DNA from: Candidatus Woesearchaeota archaeon
GTDB lineage: Archaea > Nanobdellota > Nanobdellia > Woesearchaeales > 0-14-0-80-44-23
Reading direction: 5' to 3'
Assembly: GCA_038874135.1 (NCBI GenBank)
Contig: JAVZCZ010000001.1
Coordinates: 672,001 to 736,000 of the forward strand
DNA: 64,000 nucleotides
This document shows, piece by piece, positions 29,108-39,202 of the stretch. A model generated the notes under the pieces. It was not told the DNA's origin, ran no database searches, and was given only the letters and a program-made list of their open reading frames with translations. Numbering within the stretch: the stretch's first letter is position 1; the number at the start of each line of letters is the position of its first letter. A program made the translations under genes and the position numbers.

Positions 29108-29755
29108 TTAAGAGTTTAATTCTAGAAGTTGAATTAGCTTGTTCTTCGGCTGGAAGCCGTAATGTACCTCTTCATTAATTACCAGAGTTGGAAGGCGGTT
29201 CTGGCTTATATTATATTTGTTTTTTAAATAGTTAAGTGCAGAATTGTTCAGAGCATATTCAAAAGAGTACACTTGTAAGTTGCCATATTCCTGATGAATA
29301 TTTGTAAGAACCAAGCCCTGGTCTTCGCAGTCAGCGCATCCGAAGTTTGAGTAAAAATATAAGACAATCGGAGTTTTGTAGCCGCACTTAGCACCAATCT
29401 CCTTCATTAGCATCCAATGGCGAATTTCCAGCAAGCTGTAATAATTTTTCAGCTTAACAACTTCCTGATTTTCAAAGCCGTAAAGCGACTCCATATATGT
29501 TAGCCTTTTTCCTATTGTGTAAAGCTCCAGATTATATTCGCTCATATTAAGGTCCTTGCAAGAGCTTGACTGCACTAACTGGTAGAGCAGCTCATTACTA
29601 AGCGCATCAGCTCTGATGTCCTGAGCCATGTCGCTGAGCTGTTTGAACTTCTGAGAATTTATAAGAGCACTCGCCATAAAACCAAATAGGAAGATGATGA
29701 TAGCAGCCGCTATTCCAATAATATACCTGGCAGTTTTTATTCTCCTTTTTGGCAC
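29108..29755 (-). CDS. Membrane-anchored thioredoxin-fold protein (CADC)
   Basis: N-terminal TM, LYFYSNFGCADCEDQGLVL, LPTLVIN. Start probably MVPK (approximate). Confidence 0.75.
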   Translation of the reverse strand: MPKRRIKTARYIIGIAAAIIIFLFGFMASALINSQKFKQLSDMAQDIRADALSNELLYQLVQSSSCKDLNMSEYNLELYTIGKRLTYMESLYGFENQEVVKLKNYYSLLEIRHWMLMKEIGAKCGYKTPIVLYFYSNFGCADCEDQGLVLTNIHQEYGNLQVYSFEYALNNSALNYLKNKYNISQNRLPTLVINEEVHYGFQPKNKLIQLLELNS

Positions 29756-29763
29756 CATAATTA

Positions 29764-31026
29764 TCAACTCGCAAAATAGTTGGGACCCCATTTAACCTTT
29801 TTACCACTTATATAATAATATATCGCTAGAACCCAGCAGATAGGTCCTAAAATCCAGTATGTCAGCGTAAAAGCTATGAAGGGCAGGAATATTTCCTGCT
29901 TCTCTTCAGATATGATTTTTATATAATACATGAAGGCGCCTAATACGAGCAGCAGCACTACTGGCAGAACTGTAGTGTTTTTTATTGTTATTAGAAAGGG
30001 GTCAAATGAAAATTCAAACAGGTGTTTAAATGAAATTCCCACAAGACTAACCTCCCTAACCCATTTGATAAGGTTGCGCACAATTCTAAACAGAGTGTAT
30101 GAGAATACAAAGGTGTTAAGGAAGATGTAAAATACCGAGAGTGGCAGGATGAAGAAGCCCAAATCACCATACTTGCTACTAAACATGTGTTTGTATTTTT
30201 TCATCTGAACAATAAAACCATAGAACCATCTTAACCTCTGATTTATAAATGCTTTTAAGCTGTTAACTCCGCTAGTGTACACATTTGCTGAAACAACATG
30301 TTCAATCCTGTAATGGTGGCTCTGTATCCTTAAAGCCATCTCCAAATCCTCTACCATTGTGTCCTTGCTGTATGCTCCATGCTTGTCTATGAAAGATTTT
30401 CTGATTACAGTGCAGGCTCCCGAAACTAGAGGCACTCCCCCTAGACTTGATTGTATGTGCAATACAAATACAGAACTTAAGAATTCTTGAAACTGGATTT
30501 TTTGAAGAAGTGACTTGGGCTGCCAAATCTTAACTGAGGGCATTGCCGCCATAACTCTCTTATCCTTAAAAACTGGAACTATCTTTTCAAAGACATCTGG
30601 CATAATAAAAGAATCCGCATCCAACCCCATTATCAACTCGCCAGTAGCGTGGCTTATTCCCAGATTTACCGCCTGCGTCTTCCCCTTGGACTTCTTATGA
30701 GAAAAAATCTTTACCCCAAACTTCTTATATTCTCTAATTATTTCAAGCGAGTTATCTGTTGAGCCGTCATTTACTACAATTATCTCCAGCTTATCTTTAG
30801 GATATCTAGCGTTAAGCACAGAGTCCAATGTCTTTCTTATTCTTTCCCCATTATTCGAGCCCTCATTCCACACTGGAATTATGACGCTTATCTTTGGCCT
30901 AAATTTTGAATCATAAGAATGTCTCTTCTTCTTTTGCGAAAGTATTGTGACTATGTAAACTGTAGATGTAAAAATTCCTATAAAGCATAGAACTCCTATA
31001 ACTACATCCTGAAATGTTATCAGCAT
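29764..31026 (-). CDS. Processive GT2 glycan synthase (cellulose synthase/PgaC/HAS-like)
   Basis: VNDGSTD, LDADS, VEDL and QRLRW (D,D,D,QxxRW) motifs, with flanking TM helices. Confidence 0.9.
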   Translation of the reverse strand: MLITFQDVVIGVLCFIGIFTSTVYIVTILSQKKKRHSYDSKFRPKISVIIPVWNEGSNNGERIRKTLDSVLNARYPKDKLEIIVVNDGSTDNSLEIIREYKKFGVKIFSHKKSKGKTQAVNLGISHATGELIMGLDADSFIMPDVFEKIVPVFKDKRVMAAMPSVKIWQPKSLLQKIQFQEFLSSVFVLHIQSSLGGVPLVSGACTVIRKSFIDKHGAYSKDTMVEDLEMALRIQSHHYRIEHVVSANVYTSGVNSLKAFINQRLRWFYGFIVQMKKYKHMFSSKYGDLGFFILPLSVFYIFLNTFVFSYTLFRIVRNLIKWVREVSLVGISFKHLFEFSFDPFLITIKNTTVLPVVLLLVLGAFMYYIKIISEEKQEIFLPFIAFTLTYWILGPICWVLAIYYYISGKKVKWGPNYFAS

Positions 31027-31077
31027 GTGAGAAGGGATCCATTTTTTATTTAAAAATGTTCTCTAAAAACTCTTGCC

Positions 31078-32574
31078 TCATGACAGGTTACTGCTGTTTA
31101 ACAGGTATTCCCAAACCTCTATCCCTTCACTTTGGTTTAGCTCAACTCTTCTGAATGTTTCTTTATTTCTTAGAATGAAGAGCAGCCCCTGATCTTCTCT
31201 GCTCCAAACGCTTCCATTTTTCATATCAGGAGTTATAAGGATGTAGGCTATGCTGTTATTTTGCAACAATTCTCTTGAGTATTTTAGGCTTCTTGAATAG
31301 AATATCTCATTAGCCAGGTTAACTTTGTTTTTAGAAGAATAGGTTTCGTCCACAAATGTTTTAATATTAACATACTCCAAGTAGAACCCATTTTCAGGGC
31401 TAGAGAGCACAATTCCGCCGTTATAACTGGACTTGGCAAATTCTCTAAGCGAACTTATCAAAAGGGGAGAAGGGCCCATCTTTATTATGATGTTTGTAAA
31501 TGTTAAAGTTGCAAAAACTAAGCCGCACATTATCAGAAGCAATGAAGCCCCTTTTAGCATCGGAAGAGTCCACTCCCTCTCTTTAAGCTTCTGAATCGCA
31601 TATGCTGCTAGTATTGCAGCTGTAACTGCAGCGTATGCAACGATGTCAAAACCCAAAGTCAGCAGAACAATTAAGAAGAGCACTCCATAAACTACATTTC
31701 TATTCTCACCTTTTGAGGATACCGAGTAGATTATGCCTATGAATGCAACAACAGCTTCAATGATTCCTATTCCAGATATTCCTCCAAGTTCAAGCACAAT
31801 CTGTGAGAGGCTTAGTTTTTGCTTGAAGATAAACAGAATGTTCCAGCCAAACTTAAATGCCGGAAGGATGTATACTAGTGAAGCGAGGGCAATCAAGCCC
31901 AAAAATGCGTTTTTAATTTTTTCTTCATTTCCTAATGCAATAACTAATACAGCACTTATTATTAATCCCTCTTTTGTCATGAGGGCAGCTGCTAGAAAAG
32001 ATATGGCGCTTACAACTTTTGCCGGAGCACTTTTTTTTCGGTAAAAATAAGCGCCCCACAAGGTTAGACATAGAGAAGCGAGATTGGCACTCAAACTCAT
32101 AGCCTGATACAGAAAGGCAGGACTGCTTGCAAGTATTAGAAGTGCAATTCCTATTGTTTCTGACCTTGCTCCAAACTCTTTCATAAGGAAAAATATTGCT
32201 ATGAGGGATAGGACAGAAAGTAATGCTGGAAGCCAAAACACTGCCCTATCTGATTCAGATTTTGCTAGTGCCAGTAGGTAGTAATAACCGCTAAATTGTT
32301 TTTCAGAGCTGCTTAAGAGCCAGCGATTTTTTATTATGTCCTCTGCACTTTTTAGGTAGTAATAGGGCGTGCTTCCAGGCAGGAGTCCTTCAAAGTAGAT
32401 GGTTCTGTAAGCGTAAAATATTACAAATATGGTTGTAAATAATATAATTGAATAGATTAGGGGAGCAAAATCTTTTAGAGTCTGTTTTGTTCTATCAAAC
32501 TGCAGCCTGACAATCTCTTTCTTTTCCTTCTCATCTTTATTGCTGTCTTTTTTTCCGTGTTTCATGTTTTTCAA
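31078..32574 (-). CDS. Polytopic GT-C/STT3(AglB)-like membrane protein
   Basis: Many TM helices, STPYYYLK in the first loop, and a soluble C-terminal domain VLSSPENGFYLEY...TFVD...IAYILI. Confidence 0.65.
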   Translation of the reverse strand: MKNMKHGKKDSNKDEKEKKEIVRLQFDRTKQTLKDFAPLIYSIILFTTIFVIFYAYRTIYFEGLLPGSTPYYYLKSAEDIIKNRWLLSSSEKQFSGYYYLLALAKSESDRAVFWLPALLSVLSLIAIFFLMKEFGARSETIGIALLILASSPAFLYQAMSLSANLASLCLTLWGAYFYRKKSAPAKVVSAISFLAAALMTKEGLIISAVLVIALGNEEKIKNAFLGLIALASLVYILPAFKFGWNILFIFKQKLSLSQIVLELGGISGIGIIEAVVAFIGIIYSVSSKGENRNVVYGVLFLIVLLTLGFDIVAYAAVTAAILAAYAIQKLKEREWTLPMLKGASLLLIMCGLVFATLTFTNIIIKMGPSPLLISSLREFAKSSYNGGIVLSSPENGFYLEYVNIKTFVDETYSSKNKVNLANEIFYSRSLKYSRELLQNNSIAYILITPDMKNGSVWSREDQGLLFILRNKETFRRVELNQSEGIEVWEYLLNSSNLS

Positions 32575-32577
32575 CCA

Positions 32578-34128
32578 TCAAGCTGAGATTGGAATAGCGC
32601 TACACTTTCTAAGGTAGATTTGTACTTCTCCATTATCAAATATCTTTGAGAAGCAGTTGTCCTTCTCATATGGAAGTTCTGAGATGGAGTATTCTTCTCT
32701 CTCCACTTTTGAAAGATATATTAAAACGGCATCATACTTTTCCATGAGCTCTATAGCTTCTATGCTGTAAGGTGTCGTATATATTCTTGCTAAGTCTTGA
32801 TACCTTTGATTAACATCTTTGATGGTTAGAAAATCTGAGTCCATTATAGTTTTTTTCCCTGCAAAGTATTCTATGTAAAAGCCGTTTTCAGGAGCAGCTG
32901 CAACTGCTTTTGAAGTGTTATATGAATTTAGAAATTGTAAAGCTTCAAAGGTCCCACTTTCAATGGAACTCTTAAGATTGCCGAGAGCAGAAGAGTATGA
33001 CGCGCTAATTGTTGTAAAAATCAATATTGCTAGTATGGAATTCATTATTAAGTTTCGCATCTTTGCAATTTTTGTCTTTCCAACATATTCATCTAACTCT
33101 TTGAAGAAATAAGCGAACAGCAGAGCAAACATGAGCCCGAGCATCATTAGGCCTATGCTGAATTCAATGAGTCTTAGCCAAAGCATTCCCAGCGCAGTAA
33201 ATATTATTCCTCCGAAAAGGTAGGTTTCTTCTCTTTTTTCTCTTATTAAATTTTTATACAATATATATGCTCCTCCTAGGAATGCCAACGCATTTATTCT
33301 ATAGATTATGGTTAGCATTCTTACATTGTAAAAATATCTTGAAGAGATTTGTGATGGAACATTTCTCCAAATTATGCTTATTCCATGGGTTAGTAAGGCA
33401 TTCTTGAAAATAACGAATTCCAACCAGAGAAGAAACACAACTGAGAATATGAGAATCTCTTTCTTGCCCATCCCTTCTTTTAGGTTATCTGATTCTGCAA
33501 GCACCATGTACATAAGTAGTCCAACCAATGTTACAAAAACTAGCCCGTCTATCAAGGCGGCACCCACGAGTGCGGCAATGAATCCTATGGCTGCTCCTTT
33601 TGATTTTTCGCTGTTAAGAAATAAATATATCATCAGAAGGTTTATAGGCACGCTTATTGAGTAGGTGCTTAGTTTGTTGAATGTGTTTTCAATAAGTATT
33701 GGGGAAAAAGCAGTTGCGAATGCTGCTATTAACCCCGCTTTTTTGCTTTTGCACACCTCAACAATTATCAGGTATGCTACCAGTGCAGAAAGTGATTCAA
33801 TTGCAGCTAGCAGAATCTTAAAAAAGAGCACTTCTTTTATGAATCTTCCGAAGATTAGGAACAATCCAGCGAGTAGATAGTGCATTCCAGGAACAAAAGA
33901 GAATGTCCTTCCCGAATAGCTCAGCTCATCCCTTATTATAGGGCGCCCACTTTTTTCAATGTTCTCAATCTGTCTAAGGTTAAAGTATGCATCAGAGGAA
34001 CTAAACTGCCCGCTCTTAAGACTTAGCACTGCCCTGAAAGCGAATGCAGAAATTATTATTAAAGCAAGGAACACTTCTTCAAATTTAATCTTGCTTTTAT
34101 TCTCAGATTTGTTCATAAGGAATCTCAC
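32578..34128 (-). CDS. Polytopic GT-C/STT3(AglB)-like membrane protein, paralog of 31078-32574
   Basis: SSDAYFNLRQIE (AglB DxYxxxR-like) and AAAPENGFYIEYFAGKKTIMD. Confidence 0.7.
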   Translation of the reverse strand: MRFLMNKSENKSKIKFEEVFLALIIISAFAFRAVLSLKSGQFSSSDAYFNLRQIENIEKSGRPIIRDELSYSGRTFSFVPGMHYLLAGLFLIFGRFIKEVLFFKILLAAIESLSALVAYLIIVEVCKSKKAGLIAAFATAFSPILIENTFNKLSTYSISVPINLLMIYLFLNSEKSKGAAIGFIAALVGAALIDGLVFVTLVGLLMYMVLAESDNLKEGMGKKEILIFSVVFLLWLEFVIFKNALLTHGISIIWRNVPSQISSRYFYNVRMLTIIYRINALAFLGGAYILYKNLIREKREETYLFGGIIFTALGMLWLRLIEFSIGLMMLGLMFALLFAYFFKELDEYVGKTKIAKMRNLIMNSILAILIFTTISASYSSALGNLKSSIESGTFEALQFLNSYNTSKAVAAAPENGFYIEYFAGKKTIMDSDFLTIKDVNQRYQDLARIYTTPYSIEAIELMEKYDAVLIYLSKVEREEYSISELPYEKDNCFSKIFDNGEVQIYLRKCSAIPISA

Positions 34129-34607
34129 TTCTTTTTGCTCATGTTTAGGATATCGCCAATAGTAAGTTCAGAACCAGTTTTTGTTGTTCCTGTGACATGT
34201 TCAGCCCTCTCTTCACGCTGTTCTACTATGCGTATGTGTAGTATGCGTTCAATCTTTTTGGCAAGCTCAACCGGCGGGACAAACTCTCCTGTTTCTATCT
34301 TATGAAGCATAGACTCTTTTATAGATAGTGTTTTTGCAAACTCTTCCTGCTTTAATCCCATTTTCTCTCTTTTTTCTCTTATAATCCTTCCAGCTCCCGG
34401 GCTTACTACTTCTATAATTTCTACCTTATTCTGGCTAGTGGGCTGCTCAACCTTTTTTATAATGTTCTTCTTTTCAGGCACCCTCTTTGATATGACTTTG
34501 CCAAACTTAGAACACTCAGCACAAACATTCATCTCAGTCCCTTCAATGATTGCCCTGAAGACTGATTCAGTTTCCTTTCCACAGAGTTCGCACATCATGG
34601 GTACCAC
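34125..34607 (-). CDS. Archaeal multiprotein bridging factor aMBF1 (Zn ribbon + Cro/C1 HTH)
   Basis: CELCG...IEGTEMNVCAECSKFG, REKMGLKQEEFA, LTIGDIL. Confidence 0.93.
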   Translation of the reverse strand: MVPMMCELCGKETESVFRAIIEGTEMNVCAECSKFGKVISKRVPEKKNIIKKVEQPTSQNKVEIIEVVSPGAGRIIREKREKMGLKQEEFAKTLSIKESMLHKIETGEFVPPVELAKKIERILHIRIVEQREERAEHVTGTTKTGSELTIGDILNMSKKK

Positions 34608-34658
34608 CCTCTATGGTTGTTTTTTCTAATCAAATATTTAATACTTATGGAGAAAAAG

Positions 34659-35270
34659 TTAATTCTTTTTCCTGCTTCGTATATAGAATGTGGCGAGCAT
34701 CACTACAACAGCAACAAGCCCCCCTAACAAGAACCACTGCCACACATTTTGCTGTGGAGCAAATTGCAATTGCTGTGAAGAACTGAGCGAGGTTTGTGGC
34801 TGAACAACCATGCATTTCGGCATACTTTTCTCTTTCCAAAAATGCATTCCAAGCCAGCTGCTTCTTTCCAAGATTGGAAGAGTCCATATTGTAATTGTGC
34901 CTATTACAACTGCTAGTGCTGCAATCAGAATGCTTCTTATGTCTGGAGACACTTTTTCTTCCTTTTTAGGGGTTATTATTATGTATTTGTTAGCTAAGGA
35001 GTAGTGATTTACCTCTTTGCCCTTTGAGCTGTAGTGGAATTCATTAGAAACCACAAGCCCACTTTCAATCAGCTTCTTGAGGTTATAGTGAACTGTAGAT
35101 ATTGGGACATTTAGCGCTTCCGATATTTCAGTTTCAGTAGCAGACTGCCTTTCCGAAAGCAGGCTCATTATTGCTTTGGCAGTCTCACTGGATAAAGCAT
35201 CTGCGATCTGCTTAAGCTTTTTCTCTTCAAGAGATACCAGCACAAAGGGCTCTCCCTTTTTCTCGCTCAT
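34659..35270 (-). CDS. Membrane-tethered ArsR-family wHTH regulator
   Basis: IADALSSETAKAIM, SATETEISEALNVPISTVHYNLKKL, YSSKGKEV, followed by two TM segments. Confidence 0.85.
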   Translation of the reverse strand: MSEKKGEPFVLVSLEEKKLKQIADALSSETAKAIMSLLSERQSATETEISEALNVPISTVHYNLKKLIESGLVVSNEFHYSSKGKEVNHYSLANKYIIITPKKEEKVSPDIRSILIAALAVVIGTITIWTLPILERSSWLGMHFWKEKSMPKCMVVQPQTSLSSSQQLQFAPQQNVWQWFLLGGLVAVVVMLATFYIRSRKKN

Positions 35271-35303
35271 GCGCTTTTAGAATTTTTTTTTTGACTATTT
35301 AAA

Positions 35304-35325
35304 ATGTTTGAAAGTTTCCAAACAT
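35304..35325. promoter_or_regulatory. Inverted repeat ATGTTTG-N8-CAAACAT in the divergent ArsR/ABC promoter
   Basis: Perfect 7-bp arms between two TTTAAA TATA-like boxes. Confidence 0.6.
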
Positions 35326-35397
35326 GTTGAAGTTAAAATAATCATTTAAAAGTAGTTGCATAACCTTTTATTTTTGTCAGATTTTTAAGAAGGTAGG

Positions 35398-36390
35398 ATG
35401 GATAAGCACGGCGAACGCCAAGAAGCAGAGCCAGTTTTAAAAGTTCAAGACATCTGCGTCCGCTTTGGCCAGAAGGAGATTCTTAAAAAAATAAGGTTGG
35501 ACATTCTTGAGGGAGAAGTTTTTGGGATAATCGGTATGAGTGGCTCTGGAAAGACTACGCTGCTCTCAACAATTATAGGTGCAATACAGCCAAACTCTGG
35601 AGATGTGCTCTTCCGTTCTAACAGGGTGCTTCAGGGTTTAAAATATCAGAGCGTCTTTCAAAACCAGTTTGCAGTGCGAAACCTTATGGGCTTCTCAACT
35701 CAGAGGCCATCCTTTTATCCCGAGCTGACTGTGCAGCAAAACATGGACTACTTCGCAGCATTATACGACCTCCCGCCCGACCTGGCTGAGGAAAACATAA
35801 AACGGGCTCTCAAGCTTGTAGGCCTTCACGGATTTGAGAATCTAGAGGCAAGATTCCTGTCTGGCGGAATGCAGAAAAAGCTGGATATAGCCTGCGCCAT
35901 AATTCACAACCCTTCAATCCTGATACTTGACGAACCAACTGCTGATTTAGACCCTGTTACGAGAGCTGAGCTTCTCCGGCTGTTCAAGAGGATAAACTCT
36001 GAAGGAAAGACCATAATTATTGCTTCCCATTTTCTTTCAGAACTGGAATACTTCTGCAACAGGATTGCCATACTTAATAATGGGGTAATAGCAGACATTG
36101 GAAGTGTTGAACAGCTTTCTAAGCGCATCTCCGCCAACAAGGAGATACACCTGCAAACTGCAAAGGGAAACTATTCTATAATAATTGAAAAGCTGAAGAA
36201 GGTAAGAGTTGTTGAGATAAGTCAGATAGTTGATAAGGGGCACAAGCTTATAATCTATACACCCTCTGCAGAGCATCTCTTACAACACATACTCCAAGCA
36301 GTCAGAGAATCTGAGGACAGCATACTAAACATAAATGTAACAAGGCCTTCCTTGAATGATGTTTTTAAACAAGTGGTAAAGAAGAGGTAG
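35398..36390 (+). CDS. ABC-2 type exporter ATP-binding protein
   Basis: GMSGSGKTT, LSGGMQ, LILDEPT, ASH. Confidence 0.95.
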   Translation: MDKHGERQEAEPVLKVQDICVRFGQKEILKKIRLDILEGEVFGIIGMSGSGKTTLLSTIIGAIQPNSGDVLFRSNRVLQGLKYQSVFQNQFAVRNLMGFSTQRPSFYPELTVQQNMDYFAALYDLPPDLAEENIKRALKLVGLHGFENLEARFLSGGMQKKLDIACAIIHNPSILILDEPTADLDPVTRAELLRLFKRINSEGKTIIIASHFLSELEYFCNRIAILNNGVIADIGSVEQLSKRISANKEIHLQTAKGNYSIIIEKLKKVRVVEISQIVDKGHKLIIYTPSAEHLLQHILQAVRESEDSILNINVTRPSLNDVFKQVVKKR

Positions 36391-36398
36391 TGTGAAGT

Positions 36399-38420
36399 AT
36401 GAGAAAGCTTTTTAAGATAATCCAGAAGAATATTAGGCTCCTTCTGAAGTCAAAAAGCTCTGCCATGATAGTAGTGCTCGGTCCTCTTCTGATAATATTC
36501 CTTGCAGGAATAGCTTTTAACAACTCAAACACTTATAGAATAAATGTTGGAATGTACTCTTCCAACTATACCTCTGATGTTATATCTTTCACTTCAGCAC
36601 TTTCAGACGCTCAATTCAGAACTTTAAAGTTTGAATCGGAACAGAAATGCATAGATGCCATAAGGCAGGGCATAATTCACACCTGCATAGTATTCCCGCA
36701 GGATTTTAAGATAAGCAGCAATGCCAGCACCGAACTCATATTCTATGTGGATTATTCTAAGGTGAATCTGGTTTGGATGGTTAGGGACACCCTGCTTTCT
36801 AAGATTTCAGAGCAGTCCACAGAGCTTAGTCAGTCCATGGTTTCTTCCATGCTCGGACGTGTCCAAACAGCGCTGAATGAGTTAAACAGCAGAAAGACAA
36901 TCCTTACAGACCTCTCTACTAAGACGGGGCAGACTCAGCAGCAGCTCATTGCAGTCAACGCCAGCTTAAACAAGCTGGACCTAAGCCTTGACACTAAGAG
37001 CTTCAACCTTGCATATGTTAGGGCTAGAATGGAAGAGCTCAACTCTCAGGGGCTTTCAGCAATAAGCACTGCTCTAGATGCGCTTTCTAAGATAAACTCA
37101 TCAACAGATAATGAAACCATAAAAGACATAGCCAGCTCAGCTTATTCTTCAATTTATTCAATGAAGAACTCGTTTGCAGAATCTAATAGTACTGAGATAT
37201 CTACGCTTATGGCATCTGTAGAGGCGAAGCTGAATGAAACCAAACAGAAGCTAGATGCTGCACTTGCCACTAGACAAAATGTTTCAAAACAGCTTACCTT
37301 ATCAAAAGAGCTGCTGGAGTCAAGCCTTAAGCAAGTAGCACTACTGCAGAGCTCCTTTAACTCAATTTCAGACAACCTACGATATGTACTAGGGCAGAAT
37401 CCTGAAGCAGTTTCAAGCCCGATAATCACTACCGTAAAGCCAGTTACAATTAAATCTTATCTCGGCTATATGTTTCCAATACTCTTAGCAATGCTTACTA
37501 TGTTTATAAGCATAATATTTGCTACAACTATAGTCATAACTGATAAGCGCTCCAATGCCGACTTCAGAAACAGGATAAGTCCAACAAGTGAGGAGCTGTT
37601 TACAACTTCTGCATACCTTACCACAATATTTCTTACAACAATCCAGCTCGCAATCGTGCTTATAATCTCGCTTATATTCTTCAAGGCGCAGATTCTCAGA
37701 ATGCTGCCCTCTCTTTTTATCCTTTTCCTTGAAATAGCTTCAATGTTTATTCTAATGGGAATCCTAATAGGAATGCTATTCAATTCAGAGGAAACAGCCA
37801 CGCTAGGAGCAATCTCGGTTGCAAGCATATTCCTGCTGCTTTCCAGCGTAGTTTTGCCTCTTGAGAGCATGCCTTCATATGTTATGAGAATAGCATCTTA
37901 CAATCCTTTCATACTCTCAGAAACCCTGCTGAGGCGTCTGATAATATTTGAAACCCCAATTAGTACCATAGGCGGGGAAGCGCTGATAATCCTAGCTTAT
38001 ATAGCCTTCTTAGTACTAATTATAGAACTTGTAACAATTCTTAGAAGGAGGAGGGTCCTAAAAGAGCCTCAAAAGCCGCATAATCTGAAAATAGAGCCAA
38101 ACGCCAGTGAAGATGATTCTGCAAGTTCTAACCCAGAGCTAAACAGCTCTGTGCTCAGCGCAACAACCCTCTCAGACATGATACGCCTCTTAGAAAGAAT
38201 GGACTCAGCAGAATTTGCCAGGCATAACAGCAAGGAGTTTGCAGACTGGGCCCGCTTGAATCTTCATGACGAGGAGCTTGCAAATAGGCTGAGCGGGCTT
38301 AGGACTAAGCAAGAGCTTCTTTCTGAGTTCAGAGCCGCATATGAACGCCATATTCAAAGGATAAGGGAGCTTAAAAGCAGGATAGAGGAGAAGAGAAAGC
38401 TTATGGGAAGCAGGCGCTGA
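36399..38420 (+). CDS. ABC-2 type permease with a large extracellular coiled-coil loop and a C-terminal DUF5752-like domain
   Basis: N-terminal TM, long helical loop, five C-terminal TMs with LPLESMP...YNPF, then TLSDMIRLLERMD...EFADWARLNLHDEELANRL. Confidence 0.85.
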   Translation: MRKLFKIIQKNIRLLLKSKSSAMIVVLGPLLIIFLAGIAFNNSNTYRINVGMYSSNYTSDVISFTSALSDAQFRTLKFESEQKCIDAIRQGIIHTCIVFPQDFKISSNASTELIFYVDYSKVNLVWMVRDTLLSKISEQSTELSQSMVSSMLGRVQTALNELNSRKTILTDLSTKTGQTQQQLIAVNASLNKLDLSLDTKSFNLAYVRARMEELNSQGLSAISTALDALSKINSSTDNETIKDIASSAYSSIYSMKNSFAESNSTEISTLMASVEAKLNETKQKLDAALATRQNVSKQLTLSKELLESSLKQVALLQSSFNSISDNLRYVLGQNPEAVSSPIITTVKPVTIKSYLGYMFPILLAMLTMFISIIFATTIVITDKRSNADFRNRISPTSEELFTTSAYLTTIFLTTIQLAIVLIISLIFFKAQILRMLPSLFILFLEIASMFILMGILIGMLFNSEETATLGAISVASIFLLLSSVVLPLESMPSYVMRIASYNPFILSETLLRRLIIFETPISTIGGEALIILAYIAFLVLIIELVTILRRRRVLKEPQKPHNLKIEPNASEDDSASSNPELNSSVLSATTLSDMIRLLERMDSAEFARHNSKEFADWARLNLHDEELANRLSGLRTKQELLSEFRAAYERHIQRIRELKSRIEEKRKLMGSRR

Positions 38421-38620
38421 AACTTTATATAGTTTCTTTCTTATATTGTTGTCCTATTTCCTATATCATATATAATTTCTCCATTTTCCTTATATAATCT
38501 GATCAATTGCAATAAAAACCGCTTAATCTCACTTTTTACACACACAAACAGCATAGTGCCCAAAAACAACATTTTTTTAACTCTTATATTTAAATACTTC
38601 TTCTTTTTACTCTGGCTTTT

Positions 38621-39202
38621 ATGAAAGAAAATATGCACCTGCCCATTATCCTTATTTCAGGCACGCCCGGAACAGGAAAAAGCACTCTTGCAAAATACCT
38701 ATCTGAAAAACTCACTTTTTACTCTATAAACTGCACACAGCTGGTAAAAGAAAAGAGGATTGCAAGCTATTTTGATAAAAGGCGAGAATGCTATGTCGTA
38801 GATGTCAAAAAACTAAATTCCACTCTAAAAAGTGAGATTTTGCGGCTTAAAAAGCTCACTAGCTCAAAAAAACTTAATCTAAAAGGCATAATCATAGATT
38901 CACATCTCTCCCACTTCTTCCCCGAAAAGGAAACAAGCTTGTGCATTATTTGTAAGTGTCCCCTCCCAATCTTAAGAAAGAGGCTTGAATCTAGAGGCTA
39001 CTCAAAAGATAAGGTCAGAGAAAATCTTGACGCAGAAATATTTGAGGTGTGTTTGCAGGAAGCAATAGAAAATGGCCACACCATAATTGAAGTGGATACT
39101 TCTAAGCCAGATTGCCTCGTTTCAACTCTTAAAAAGGTAAAAACTCTTCTGAACACACCCGATGACTTGTCCCGGACATGTCCCGAAATGTCCCAAAATT
39201 AG
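38621..39202 (+). CDS. Atypical adenylate kinase AK6/Fap7 family
   Basis: ISGTPGTGKST, IIDSHLSH, RLESRGYSKDKVRENLDAEI. Confidence 0.92.
   Translation: MKENMHLPIILISGTPGTGKSTLAKYLSEKLTFYSINCTQLVKEKRIASYFDKRRECYVVDVKKLNSTLKSEILRLKKLTSSKKLNLKGIIIDSHLSHFFPEKETSLCIICKCPLPILRKRLESRGYSKDKVRENLDAEIFEVCLQEAIENGHTIIEVDTSKPDCLVSTLKKVKTLLNTPDDLSRTCPEMSQN

Noticed and set aside
36855-36864. GGACGTGTCC, a one-mismatch copy of the repeat palindrome in the ABC permease
   Set aside because: A single isolated imperfect copy, expected by chance.
38441-38638. 65-aa minus-strand ORF in the AT-rich gap
   Set aside because: Low complexity, overlaps the AK6 start and promoter, and has atypical composition.
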